The translations under genes and the position numbers were made by a program. 64,000 nucleotides of DNA from assembly GCA_024275165.1 (NCBI GenBank), contig JAJRZQ010000025.1:50519-114518 (forward strand), read 5' to 3'. This DNA is from a bacterium. GTDB taxonomy: Bacteria > SAR324 > XYD2-FULL-50-16. Shown here piece after piece: positions 37,689 to 47,769 of this stretch. The notes beneath the pieces were generated by a model. That model was not told the origin of the DNA. It saw only the letters and a list, made by a program, of their open reading frames with translations, and made no database searches. The stretch's first letter is position 1; each line of letters opens with the position of its first letter.

Positions 37689-39197
37689 ATGCGTCTACTT
37701 TTTACTCTATTTTTCTGTTTATTTTATGGGTTACCCCTCTGGGCAGAACCCAATGAGGTTTTTACCCAAAAGGGCTACCAACTCAAGAACTTTGAACTCG
37801 ATCCCAGCCCCGCGCAGGTTGGAGATTTGACCTGCTTTTTTGAGATATACGATAAAGAAGGCAACCCCTTAGAAGGGTTGGATATCGAGGTTGAAATCTT
37901 CATGCCCGAAATGGGGACCATGCCCCGCATGGGCGCCGCTTACAAAGCGACCTCCATGGGTCAAGGCCGTTATGAGGTCGAGTTGGAAGTCGGGATGGGC
38001 GGGAGTTGGGAACTCCCCATCCGTATCCTGGACCAGGAAAAACAAATTATCGTCGCTTGGCCCTTCAGCTTTACGGTGGGGACTCCCGGCATCATCTACA
38101 AGGGGCGTAGAGAAAAAAGCGCCTCCAACTCCGCCGAGGCGCAAGGCCCCACCATCTATTTAGCCGAGCCCCGCCGCCAGTTGATCGGGGTGGAGTTGGG
38201 CCAAGCGACCATGAAACCCATCAGCCGCAAGGTCCGCACCTTGGCGCGCATCGAAACCGCCGAGTCTCTAACCTTTGACCTGCAACTCAAATACGACGCC
38301 AACCTAGATAAACTCTACGCTGATCGGGAAGGGGAGTACATCACCAAGGGGCAACCTCTTTTTGAGGTCTATTCCGAAGAACTCTACACCGCTCAAGACA
38401 TCTACTTGGAACTCTTGCGAGGCAAACGAAAAAGCCGGATGGATAAACGGCTCTTGCAGTCTGCTAAGGATAAGCTTTTACTCATGGATTTAACCGAGGA
38501 AGAGATTCACAGCTTAGAAAAACGCAATCGCCCCCCCCGCCGCTGGCTGGTCAAAAGTCCGGTCTCCGGCTATTTGATGAGAAAGTACCAAGCCGAGGGC
38601 AGTTTTGCCAAAAAAGGACAGAATATCTTTCGCATTACGGAGCTGAAAAAGCTCTGGGCCTTAGCCGATGTCTTTGAATACGAATCTTGGATTGTCCATA
38701 AAAACGATCCCGTCATCTTGAGCCTCTCTTACAGGCAGGATATACAGATTCGGGGCCGAGTCGATTATGTTTATCCCTATATGGAAGAAAAAACCCGCAG
38801 CATCAAGGTGCGAATCCTCTTGGAAAACCCGGATCTGGCCCTCAAACCAGGGATGTACGCCGATGCCCTGATCGAAAGCTATTTGGGCGAACGGCTGGTG
38901 CTGCCCCGCCGCGCGGTTTTGTTTTCGGGGCAACATAAGTATGTCTTTGTCTCTTTGGGCGATGGGTACTTTGAGCCAAGGGAGATTGAAACGGGGGTGG
39001 AAGACGGCAATCTCTTTGAGGTAGTCAAGGGCTTGAAAGCCGGTGACTGGGTCAGTTTCTCGGCCAACTTTTTAATCAGCTCCGAGGCGCGACTGCAAAA
39101 GGCCCTGCCCCGTTGGGGGGCCCCGAAAGCGAAAAAGACCGAAATGGCCGAACCCATGCAGGGAATGGAGCATACCCCCTCTGAGGCCGCGCCATGA
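37689..39197 (+). CDS. cusB: CusB-like RND membrane fusion protein with N-terminal YtkA/FixH-like domain
   Basis: Signal peptide; FMPEMGTMPRMG...MGGSW domain; MFP core (KGQPLFEVYSEEL, SPVSG, LWALADVFE, LKPGMY, ANFLISSE). Confidence 0.85.
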   Translation: MRLLFTLFFCLFYGLPLWAEPNEVFTQKGYQLKNFELDPSPAQVGDLTCFFEIYDKEGNPLEGLDIEVEIFMPEMGTMPRMGAAYKATSMGQGRYEVELEVGMGGSWELPIRILDQEKQIIVAWPFSFTVGTPGIIYKGRREKSASNSAEAQGPTIYLAEPRRQLIGVELGQATMKPISRKVRTLARIETAESLTFDLQLKYDANLDKLYADREGEYITKGQPLFEVYSEELYTAQDIYLELLRGKRKSRMDKRLLQSAKDKLLLMDLTEEEIHSLEKRNRPPRRWLVKSPVSGYLMRKYQAEGSFAKKGQNIFRITELKKLWALADVFEYESWIVHKNDPVILSLSYRQDIQIRGRVDYVYPYMEEKTRSIKVRILLENPDLALKPGMYADALIESYLGERLVLPRRAVLFSGQHKYVFVSLGDGYFEPREIETGVEDGNLFEVVKGLKAGDWVSFSANFLISSEARLQKALPRWGAPKAKKTEMAEPMQGMEHTPSEAAP

Positions 39198-42100
39198 TTG
39201 AAAAAATTATTCATACCTCGGTTCGCCATTGGGTGGTGGTGATCTTCTTCTGCCTGCTGTTGGGTTGGACGAGCTGGCAGGCCATGAAGGCCACACCGCT
39301 GGACGCGCTGCCTGATTTATCCGATGTGCAGGTGATTGTCTATTCGGAGTGGACCGGGCAAAGTCCGGATCTGGTTGAGGATCAAGTCACCTATCCCTTG
39401 GTCACCGCCTTGATGGGGGCGCCCAAGGTGCGCTATGTGCGGGGGCAGAGCTTTTTTGGCTTAAGCTTCGTCAATGTGATCTTTGAAGAGGGGACCGACC
39501 TCTATTGGGGCCGGACCCGGGTCTTGGAATACCTCTCCTCGATTCGCGCCGAACTGCCCCCGGGGGTCAACCCCGAGCTGGGGCCCGATGCCACCGGAGT
39601 GGGCTGGATTTATCAATACGCCTTGAAGGATACCTCGGGCAAACGCAGTCTGGCCGATTTGCGGAGCTTGCAGGACTGGGTGATCCGTTACGATTTAAAA
39701 GGCCTCTCTGGAGTGGCCGAGGTCGCCAGCCTGGGGGGCTTTATCCGCCAGTATCAGGTGGAAATCGACCCCATCAAGTTGCGGGCCTATGACATCTCCA
39801 TCGCCCAAGTGGTCAAGGCGGTGCAAAGCTCCAACCGGGATATGGGAGCCAAAATCTTGGAGGTTTCGGGTACCGAGCATTTCATCCGGGGAAGGGGCTA
39901 TGTCAAGACCCCCGAAGACTTAGAAGTCATCCCCGTGGGGGAGTTTCAAGGCACCCCGATCTTTTTGCGGGAATTGGGACGGGTCACCTTAGGGCCCGCC
40001 ATGCGCAGGGGCGCCGCTGACTTGGATGGATTAGGGGAAGCCGTGGGTGGAATCGTGGTCATGCGCTGGGGGGGAGACGCGAGAAAAATCCTCCAAAGCG
40101 TCAAGGACAAACTCACAGAGGTGCAAAAAAGCCTGCCCGAAGGGGTGGAGATCATCCCCGTCTATGACCGGAGCGAACTGATCGACGAGGCGATTGAAAA
40201 CCTGATGCACAAGCTTATCGAAGAGGTTGTCATCGTCTCCTTGGTGGTGATTTTGTTCCTCTGGCATTTCAAAAGCGCTTTAATCGCCATCATCCCCTTG
40301 CCTTTGGCCATCATGGCAAGCTTCATCCCCTTAAGCGCCAGCGGGCTCAACGCCAATATCATGAGCCTCTCAGGAATCGCCATCGCCATTGGGGCCATGA
40401 TCGACGCCAGCATTATCTTGGTGGAAAACGCCCATAAAAAATTGGAGAAATGGGAAGAGACGGGCCGGAAGGAGGCCCGCATCTAGGTGATTGCCAAAGC
40501 CATGGCCGAGATGGGGCGCCCTCTTTTTTTCGCCCTCTTGGTGATTACGGTAAGCTTTCTTCCCATCTTTGCCCTCACCGGGCAAGAGGGGAAGCTCTTT
40601 AAACCCTTGGCCTGGACCAAAACCTTTTCCATGGCTTGGGCCGCCATTTTGGCTATCACCCTGACCCCGGCCTTGGCCGTGCCCTTTTTGCGCGGCAAAA
40701 TGCCCACCGAAGAACACCATCCTTTGAGCAAAATACTGCGGGCCGCTTATTTACCGGCTTGCAATTGGGCTTTGGAGCATAAGAAAACGGTCTTGATATT
40801 GGCCTTGCTCATGGTGTCTTCCATTCCCATCATTGCCGGCCGTTTGGGCAGCGAGTTCATGCCGCCCTTAAACGAGGGAACTCTGTTGTACATGCCCACG
40901 GCGGTGCCGGGCATGAGCATGGATGAAGGGATTGATGTGGCCCACCGCATCGGAGCCCGCATCATGACCGTGCCCGAGGTCAAACATGTCATGACCAAAG
41001 TGGGCCGGGCCGACAGCGCTACCGATGCCGCGCCCCTTTCCATGATCGAGGCGGTGATCAGTTTCAAGCCAACCGATGAGTGGCGCGAGGGCATGGATAT
41101 GCCGAAACTCATCTCGGAACTGGATCAAACCAGCCAGATCCCCGGGATGCCCAACATCTGGTGGATGCCCATCCAAACCCGTACCGAAATGTTGGCTACG
41201 GGAATCCGTTCCGCCATTGGGATCAAAGTTTTAGGGGCAGACTTGGCTCAGATCGAAGAGGTCGGGAAAAACATCGAAACCCTACTCAAAGACACCAAAG
41301 GAACCCGCAGTGTTTTTGCGGAACGCAGCACCGGCGGTTATTTTATTGATTTTGACATTGACCGCAAAGCCATCGCTCGTTACGGCCTGACCGTGGGAGA
41401 GGTCTTAGACGCCCTTTCGGTCGCCATCGGCGGCAAAGAAATCGGTAAGGTAATCTTGGGTCGAGAACGCTACCCCATCCAGATTCGCTACCAACGAGAT
41501 TCGAGGTCCAACCTCCCTGACCTGTTGCAGGTTTTGGTTCCCACGCCTAAAGGAATACAAATTCCCTTGGCCCACCTGGCTCAAATGAAGGTCAAAACCG
41601 GCCCTCCCATGATTCGCGACGAAAACGGGAGGTTGGCGAGCTTCGTTTTTGTGGAGATCAACGGGGAAGTCAGCCTAGGCGACTATGTGAGCCACGCTAA
41701 GGAGGTACTCGATCAAAACCTCACCCTTCCCGTAGGCGTAAGTTTGGTTTGGGCGGGGCAGTACGAACATATGTCCAGGGCTTGGGATAGTTTAAAACTC
41801 TTGATCCCCGTTACCTTTGCCTTGATTTTTCTTTTGATCTTTTTCAACACCGGGAGCGCTATTGAGACGGCAATCGTTTTATTGGCGGTTCCCTTTAGCT
41901 TGATCGGAGCCTTTTGGCTTTTATGGATTTTAGGTTACAACCTCTCCATCGCCGTTTGGGTCGGGGTCATCGCGCTCGCGGGCCTGGACGCTGAAACGGG
42001 AGTGGTCATGCTGTTATACCTCAAGCAAAGCTATACCCAATGGCAAGCTGAAGGCAAGATGCGTAACCTGAAGGATCTGCATGGCGCCATCATCGAGGGG

Positions 42101-42331
42101 GCGGTGCAGCGCATCCGCCCCAAAATGATGACCGCCGGAGCCATGCTGATCGGCCTCTTGCCCATTATGTGGGCAGGCGGTGTCGGGAGTCAGGCCATGA
42201 AACGAATCGCCGCCCCCATGGTGGGGGGAATCGTGACCAGTGTGGCTTTGGAACTCTTAATCTACCCGGTGATCTTTTCTCTTTGGAAAGGTCGCAAATT
42301 TAAAAAACCTCTTCTTGTGGAGAAAAAATGA
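39194..42331 (+). pseudogene. cusA: CusA/CzcA heavy-metal RND permease interrupted by an in-frame TAG at 40484-40486
   Basis: 430 aa plus 614 aa in one frame (EARI*VIAKAMAEMG) give about 1045 aa. Motifs LDALPDLSDVQVI, GAMIDASI..VEN, EFMPPLNEG, RIRPKMMT, and Cu-type Met sites LYMP, LSMIE, TEMLATG. Confidence 0.88.
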
Positions 42332-42801
42332 AAATCTTAATCTCAATCCTCTTAATCGCCTTGTTGCCTTTCTTTGCCTTTGCTGGAGCCCCCAATCACT
42401 CGGAAATGGGGCATTCCAAGATGGGGCACAAGGAGATGGGGCATGCGGATCATGCCAAAATGGTTACTTTAAAAAAAGCGAAAAAACCAAGCCGCAAAAG
42501 CAAAAAAGGGCATTTTCTGCTGACCCTGCCTGAGATTCCTACCGCGCCGGGCCTGGCCCACCTCAACTTAGCCTTGAGCCATGCTGACGGCAAACCGATC
42601 AGCAACCAAGCGAAGCTGAGCATTACCCAAAAAATGCCGGGCATGGAAATGGACCTAACCCCCGTAAAAATCACCCCTAAAGGAGCAGGAGAATACGCCT
42701 TAGAAGTTCATTTGCCCATGCCCGGTTTTTGGAAACTTCAAGTTCAGATCACCGATGGCCCGGTCCAAGACCAGGGAACCCTAAAAATCATTCTACCCTA
42801 G
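42328..42801 (+). CDS. Exported YtkA/FixH-like protein with His/Met-rich N-terminus
   Basis: Signal peptide, HSEMGHSKMGHKEMGHADHAKM, KMPGMEMD, GEY...LPMPGFW. Confidence 0.75.
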   Translation: MKILISILLIALLPFFAFAGAPNHSEMGHSKMGHKEMGHADHAKMVTLKKAKKPSRKSKKGHFLLTLPEIPTAPGLAHLNLALSHADGKPISNQAKLSITQKMPGMEMDLTPVKITPKGAGEYALEVHLPMPGFWKLQVQITDGPVQDQGTLKIILP

Positions 42802-42810
42802 AGAGGTCTT

Positions 42811-44067
42811 TTGAAACCCGTTGCTTTATTTTTGCTGCTCCTTTGTTTTGGAGCGCAATTTGTCGAGGCTGAAGAGACCGCGCCAACACCCCTAAAAAAA
42901 CTGCTTGATCAAGCGATGAAGCAAAATCCCAGTTTAGCGGAGGCGCGCCTATCGAGCGAGCAAGGGCAGGTGGGCTATGAGGGGGCGGCGGCCTGGGCGC
43001 CGCCTCGACTCAGCGTAACCCAACTCTCCCAACCAATGGAAACGAGCATGGGGCTGCAAACTCGAACCTACAGCCTAACCCAACCCGTGCCCTTTCCCGG
43101 TTCGGGCTGGTTGCTGGAAGACATTGCCCAAGCCAAGACCGAAGCCTTACAGCACCAAGAAGAATGGACAAAACGCCGGATCATCGCTGAGGTGAAATCG
43201 GTTTATTACGACCTCTGGCAGTTGCAGGCTACCCCTGAATTGATTGAGGAAAACGAACAGATATCCGAAAAAATCGGGATTTTAGGCGGCCTGGAGCGCA
43301 GGGTAGAAACCCTAAAAGTCGTACTCACCGCGCAAGCGAAATTAGGAGAAAACGGAAAAATACTCTTTGACTTGGAACAAAAAGCCTTAGCGGCAAGGTA
43401 TCATTTGAGTCACCTTTTAGGCCAAGGGAGTAAACTCTGGAACGGCAAGGTTCAAGACCCGGGGTTACCGGAACTCAAAACAAGCTTAAGCAAACTGCTC
43501 GCCGCTGCCCGGGATTACTTCCCCCGTTTGCGGGCGCAAGACAAAAAAGCTCAGGCCGCAAAGGCGCAAGCTCGTTACCATGAATACCAAGCCTGGGTGC
43601 CTGAGTTTTCATTTGGTTTAAACTACACCCAAAACGACCCCTTAAGCGATGGAACCAAGGGGCAGAACTCAACCAGCCTCAGCTTAGGGATGAGCCTACC
43701 CTTTGGCAATGGAGAGATCGGAACCAAGAAAAGACAAGCGCAACTAGAAGAGGAAAAACAACAACTCCAATACGAGGAAGAAAGCAACCAATTGGAAGCC
43801 GATTTAGCCCAAGCTTATGCCCAGGCCCAACAAGCTTATAAATTGGTCGCCCTTTATCAAGAAGAATTGTTGCCCCCGGCGCGCCAGCAAATCTCCATCG
43901 CGCAACGAATGTATAAAACCGGTAAAAGCGGGGCCATTGAAGCCTTAGCCGCGAGCGCCCAAATGATCGGGCTCAAGGTCGGCGAACTCCAGGCAAAAAG
44001 TGATTACCTTAAATCCTTAGTTCGCTTAGAACTCTTTACGGGGCTCATCCTTACTGAATCTGAATGA
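42811..44067 (+). CDS. TolC/CusC-family outer membrane efflux factor
   Basis: Signal peptide, AMKQNPSL, QPVPFPG, LGMSLPF, A..MYKTGK, KSLVRLE pattern. Confidence 0.85.
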   Translation: MKPVALFLLLLCFGAQFVEAEETAPTPLKKLLDQAMKQNPSLAEARLSSEQGQVGYEGAAAWAPPRLSVTQLSQPMETSMGLQTRTYSLTQPVPFPGSGWLLEDIAQAKTEALQHQEEWTKRRIIAEVKSVYYDLWQLQATPELIEENEQISEKIGILGGLERRVETLKVVLTAQAKLGENGKILFDLEQKALAARYHLSHLLGQGSKLWNGKVQDPGLPELKTSLSKLLAAARDYFPRLRAQDKKAQAAKAQARYHEYQAWVPEFSFGLNYTQNDPLSDGTKGQNSTSLSLGMSLPFGNGEIGTKKRQAQLEEEKQQLQYEEESNQLEADLAQAYAQAQQAYKLVALYQEELLPPARQQISIAQRMYKTGKSGAIEALAASAQMIGLKVGELQAKSDYLKSLVRLELFTGLILTESE

Positions 44068-44800
44068 TTTTCAACTCACTCCCCATCCCTTTTAAATTGC
44101 GGTTGAGTTTGCTTTTAATCTGGGTGATCCGTTTTTTCGGCTCTCGCCCTACCCGAATGCGGTAGATGGTGGCGCTTTCCAATTTCACCTCTTCTAAATA
44201 AGCGTCAAAGCCTTTGGTTCTCAGTTGATTGACTAAGGCTTGAGCCCGGTCGCGGCTTCTTGTGGCCATAACCTGTACGCTAAAGAGAGGCCCGGAGTGA
44301 GAAGGGGTATCGCTTAAGACTTGATCCGTCCAACTGGGTTTGAATTTCTCCACCTTTTTTGCGGGGGCTTTTTTCTTTGCCTTAGCAGGCTTTTCAGGCT
44401 CAATTGCCAATCCGCCCTGGCTTTGAGCCTGTTTTAAGACAGCGCGGCTTTTTTGCCTGCGTGTTTCTTCGCCTTGAACTTGATCCGCCTCTTGAGTGAT
44501 TTTTTCAAAATCCCGTTTTAAATCCTCCAAGCCGGTTTGATCTTTTTTCAGATTATAAATCGAGAGGTCTTCGTTTGAGCTCTCTTCTACCCTAGGGGCG
44601 GTGATTTGTTGTCTTTCAAGGGGGGGCAAGGCCTCTGGAACCCGCTGGGCCTTGCCGAAAATCACCCCAAGATAAAAAGCGGTCGCCAAAGAAAGCCCGG
44701 CTAAGACTAAGAGAGTGATTAGGCCCTTGGCATCCATATCTAAAGAGAATTGTGAGCCCTGAGCCCGCTTTTTGGGTTTGGGAGGGGGTATTGATGCCAT
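44051..44800 (-). CDS. SPOR-domain cell division protein (FtsN/DedD-like)
   Basis: One N-terminal TM helix, charged linker, FSVQVMA......A..LV..L...GFDAY...YRIRVG. Confidence 0.85.
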   Translation of the reverse strand: MASIPPPKPKKRAQGSQFSLDMDAKGLITLLVLAGLSLATAFYLGVIFGKAQRVPEALPPLERQQITAPRVEESSNEDLSIYNLKKDQTGLEDLKRDFEKITQEADQVQGEETRRQKSRAVLKQAQSQGGLAIEPEKPAKAKKKAPAKKVEKFKPSWTDQVLSDTPSHSGPLFSVQVMATRSRDRAQALVNQLRTKGFDAYLEEVKLESATIYRIRVGREPKKRITQIKSKLNRNLKGMGSELKIIQIQ

Positions 44801-44805
44801 GATGC

Positions 44806-46185
44806 TTAGTATGCGTTAGGGTGAACAAAACCCTTGACCAGGGTGAGGAGCAGAATTTTTATGTCAAACCACAAAGACCAATTGGTTAGGTAATAGATAT
44901 CGTATTCGATCCGTTTTTCCAAGGAGGTATTTCCCCGCCAGCCATTCACCTGGGCCCAGCCTGTAATCCCCGCTTTCATCTTATGGCGCAGCATGTAGTT
45001 GGGGATTTCTTTTTTAAATTCCTCAATCAAAACGGGTCGCTCCGGCCTGGGGCCGACCAAACTCATGTTGCCTTTAAAGACATTAAAAAATTGGGGAATC
45101 TCGTCTAAACTGGTTTTGCGCATCAAGGCCCCGATAGGGGTAACCCGTTCATCCCCCGCCTTAGCCCAAACCGCGCCGGTAGCCTGTTCGGCGTCCATGC
45201 GCATGCTGCGGAACTTATACATCCAAAAGGTAACCCCATCGAGCCCGGTACGCTCCTGCCTGTACAGCACCGGCCCTTTGCTGGTCAACTTGATCCACAA
45301 GGGCAAACCCAAGAAAAAGGGACTAAACAGCACGATGCCCACCAAAGCGCCAAAAAGATCGAACAATCGTTTGAGCACTCGGTTCCAACCAGAAAGCGGG
45401 CTTTGGCGCAGGGCTAAAATCGGCATGCCCTCAAGGTCTAAAATCTCTGGATTGATGTTCAAGCTGTGCTGGATATCGGGCACGCTAAACAGATCGGCCA
45501 GGGATTCGCGTAGATGAAAACTGATCTCGTCTAAGTCGGATTGATCCTTGGCATCGACCGCGATATAAACCTGCTGCACCCCCTCTTGCTCGATGAGGAG
45601 GGGCAAATCTCGATACTTCCCCAAATACAAGGCTCCCTTTAAGCTTGTCGTAGGAGCCACATAGCCATGTACCTTCAAACCCAAACCGGGATGAGCCGCG
45701 ATTTTTTCCAAAAAGCTTTGCGCTGTCGCCCCTCCCCCGACCACCAAAATATGCAGGAGATTTTTTCCCTTACGGCGCACAAAGGCTAAAAACATCCGCG
45801 CGGCAAAACGCCCCGTTGCGAGAAACAATAGGGTAGACCAAGCAAAATGCAGGGCAAAAACCCGCGAAAAACTAAAGTCGCGATAAAAGAAGGACAGACC
45901 CAAAAGCATGACCAAAAAGAGGCCGTATCCTTTAAACAACCGCCAGGCCTCATGACGAGAGCGCATGAGATTTTTATAAAGGCCCGAGAGCAAAGAACAA
46001 ACCCCCGCTAAAGCGATGATCAAGGGAAGGGGGTCTAAGTAAGCGGAAAAAAGCGGCGGATCACTCACAAAAGGCCGATTATGCCAATGAAATCGCAACT
46101 CGTAGGCAAAGAGCCACGCCGCTCCGACCAAGGCGAGATCCAGCAGGAACAGCAAGGAGATAAAAATTTGCGATAAACGAATCAT
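44806..46185 (-). CDS. wcaJ: Undecaprenyl-phosphate glucose phosphotransferase (WcaJ-like)
   Basis: KRLFD, GPVLYRQER.G, YKFRSM, RKTSLDEIPQFFNV..G.MSLVGPRPE, GITGWAQVNG.RG. Confidence 0.92.
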   Translation of the reverse strand: MIRLSQIFISLLFLLDLALVGAAWLFAYELRFHWHNRPFVSDPPLFSAYLDPLPLIIALAGVCSLLSGLYKNLMRSRHEAWRLFKGYGLFLVMLLGLSFFYRDFSFSRVFALHFAWSTLLFLATGRFAARMFLAFVRRKGKNLLHILVVGGGATAQSFLEKIAAHPGLGLKVHGYVAPTTSLKGALYLGKYRDLPLLIEQEGVQQVYIAVDAKDQSDLDEISFHLRESLADLFSVPDIQHSLNINPEILDLEGMPILALRQSPLSGWNRVLKRLFDLFGALVGIVLFSPFFLGLPLWIKLTSKGPVLYRQERTGLDGVTFWMYKFRSMRMDAEQATGAVWAKAGDERVTPIGALMRKTSLDEIPQFFNVFKGNMSLVGPRPERPVLIEEFKKEIPNYMLRHKMKAGITGWAQVNGWRGNTSLEKRIEYDIYYLTNWSLWFDIKILLLTLVKGFVHPNAY

Positions 46186-47309
46186 GGGCGCTGTTCCATA
46201 AATTCTTTGACGAGTTGGGTGAACCTCACTAAAAAGGCGTCTTCGCCAAAGCCCCGCGCGTGGCTGCGAATCCAGATCGGGTCAAATTTTGCTTCTAGTT
46301 GCTCGAAATCTTCTAAGGCCTGGTTGACTTCACGGGCTTCTTGCCGCAAAAAAAAGATTCCGCTCGACTTATCTGGCTGTTGGCGGTTTTCGACTACCGT
46401 TTCCAACACCCCTCCGGCCTTGTAGGCGATCACGGGCAAGCCTTGGGCCATCGCTTCTAGAGGGATCATGCCAAAATCTTCCTCTCCCGCAAAGAGCAAG
46501 GCCTTAGCCCCCTGAATCCAGCTTTTTACTTTTTCCAGGGATTGATAGCCCACAAAGCGGATGTTGTCCTTTGCCGCGGCCTTTAGTTTTGCTTTTTCGG
46601 AGCCCTCCCCAATCACCACTAAGGGTTTGCCGGTCTGGTTGAAGGCTTGGACTAAGAGGTCCACTTTTTTATAGGGGGTCAAGGCCCCGAAGCTAAGGTA
46701 GTATTCCCCTCCTAGTGGTTTTACTTCTCCCATAAAGAGGTCCAACTCAATGGGGGGATAACAAACCTTGGCCTCTTTGCGCCAAAAGCGGCGTATTCGC
46801 TCTTGCACATTGACCGAGTTGGCCAAAAAGGCATCGACATTGTCCACCGTGGTTTCATCCCACTTGCGCAAGGCAACAAGCCGATTGGCCGCCAAGTTGC
46901 GCAGCAAAAAGGGAAGGGGCTCTAGGTAGGCCCGCTCAAAGCCGTAGCAATAGCGCATGGGGGTATGGACATAACACAAGTGCGGGGTATTTTGGTTGAG
47001 TTTCCCCCGGGGGATACCCTTGGCGGGGCCGGACTCGGAAGAAAGGATTAAATCGTATTTTTTCTTCAGTTTTAAGCTTTGGACCCCTTTGGGGTAGAGG
47101 GGAAAGACTTTTTGGTGGTGTTTGCGCAAAAAGGGGGTATTGATCACCGAAGCTTGAACCTCATGCCCTTGCAAATGGTTTTTCATCTTGGCTTCATCGT
47201 AAAAGAGGGTGTAGATGTCTGCCTTGGGGAACAGCTTTAAGAGGCTCTCGATTACTTTTTCCCCCCCCCGCCAGGTGACAAACCAATAATGGATCACCGC
47301 CACCTCCAA
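46182..47309 (-). CDS. GT4 family glycosyltransferase
   Basis: HYW....GGEKV, YVHTPMRY, EDFGMIPLEAMAQG.PV. Start uncertain (TTG 47309 assumed). Confidence 0.88.
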   Translation of the reverse strand: MEVAVIHYWFVTWRGGEKVIESLLKLFPKADIYTLFYDEAKMKNHLQGHEVQASVINTPFLRKHHQKVFPLYPKGVQSLKLKKKYDLILSSESGPAKGIPRGKLNQNTPHLCYVHTPMRYCYGFERAYLEPLPFLLRNLAANRLVALRKWDETTVDNVDAFLANSVNVQERIRRFWRKEAKVCYPPIELDLFMGEVKPLGGEYYLSFGALTPYKKVDLLVQAFNQTGKPLVVIGEGSEKAKLKAAAKDNIRFVGYQSLEKVKSWIQGAKALLFAGEEDFGMIPLEAMAQGLPVIAYKAGGVLETVVENRQQPDKSSGIFFLRQEAREVNQALEDFEQLEAKFDPIWIRSHARGFGEDAFLVRFTQLVKEFMEQRP

Positions 47310-47328
47310 CTCGGCTAGGTTGAGCGCA

Positions 47329-47769
47329 TTACCGTCCGCTGCTGCCAAAACCGCCCTCGCCTCGTTGCGTGTTTTTGATTTCTTCAACCTCTTGCACCTC
47401 AAAGGGTTCTAGTTTGCGCAAAATCAATTGCCCAACGCGGCTTCCGATCAAGGCCCGGGCCTCTTCCAATCCGTTCCCTCGGCCCAAGTAGCGCATGGGC
47501 ATGAACAAGCGGCCCCGATAATCCGGGTCGATGATGCCCAAACCGTTGCTCATCATAAAATCATGTTTATAGATGGAAGAGCGAGGGAGCAACTCGGTAT
47601 AGTAGCCCGCGGGGGGCTCGATGGAGATGCCGCAATCGAAAAAAAAGATGCCGGCTCTTTTTTCCACGACCTCCATCAAGGTTAAATCCAACCCGGCGTC
47701 GCTGGCATGGGCCTTTTGGGGGGTGTCCATCCCCGAATAATGGAGTTTGACCTTTAAAACCAAGCTCAT
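47329..47769 (-). CDS. dut: dUTP diphosphatase
   Basis: DAGLDL, PRSS, GIIDPDYRG, GQL, RGEGGFGSSG. Confidence 0.95.
   Translation of the reverse strand: MSLVLKVKLHYSGMDTPQKAHASDAGLDLTLMEVVEKRAGIFFFDCGISIEPPAGYYTELLPRSSIYKHDFMMSNGLGIIDPDYRGRLFMPMRYLGRGNGLEEARALIGSRVGQLILRKLEPFEVQEVEEIKNTQRGEGGFGSSGR

Noticed and set aside
21242-42331. Stop-codon reassignment as a common explanation for the two in-frame stops
   Set aside because: The stops differ (TAA and TAG), and both codons terminate many intact genes in the window.
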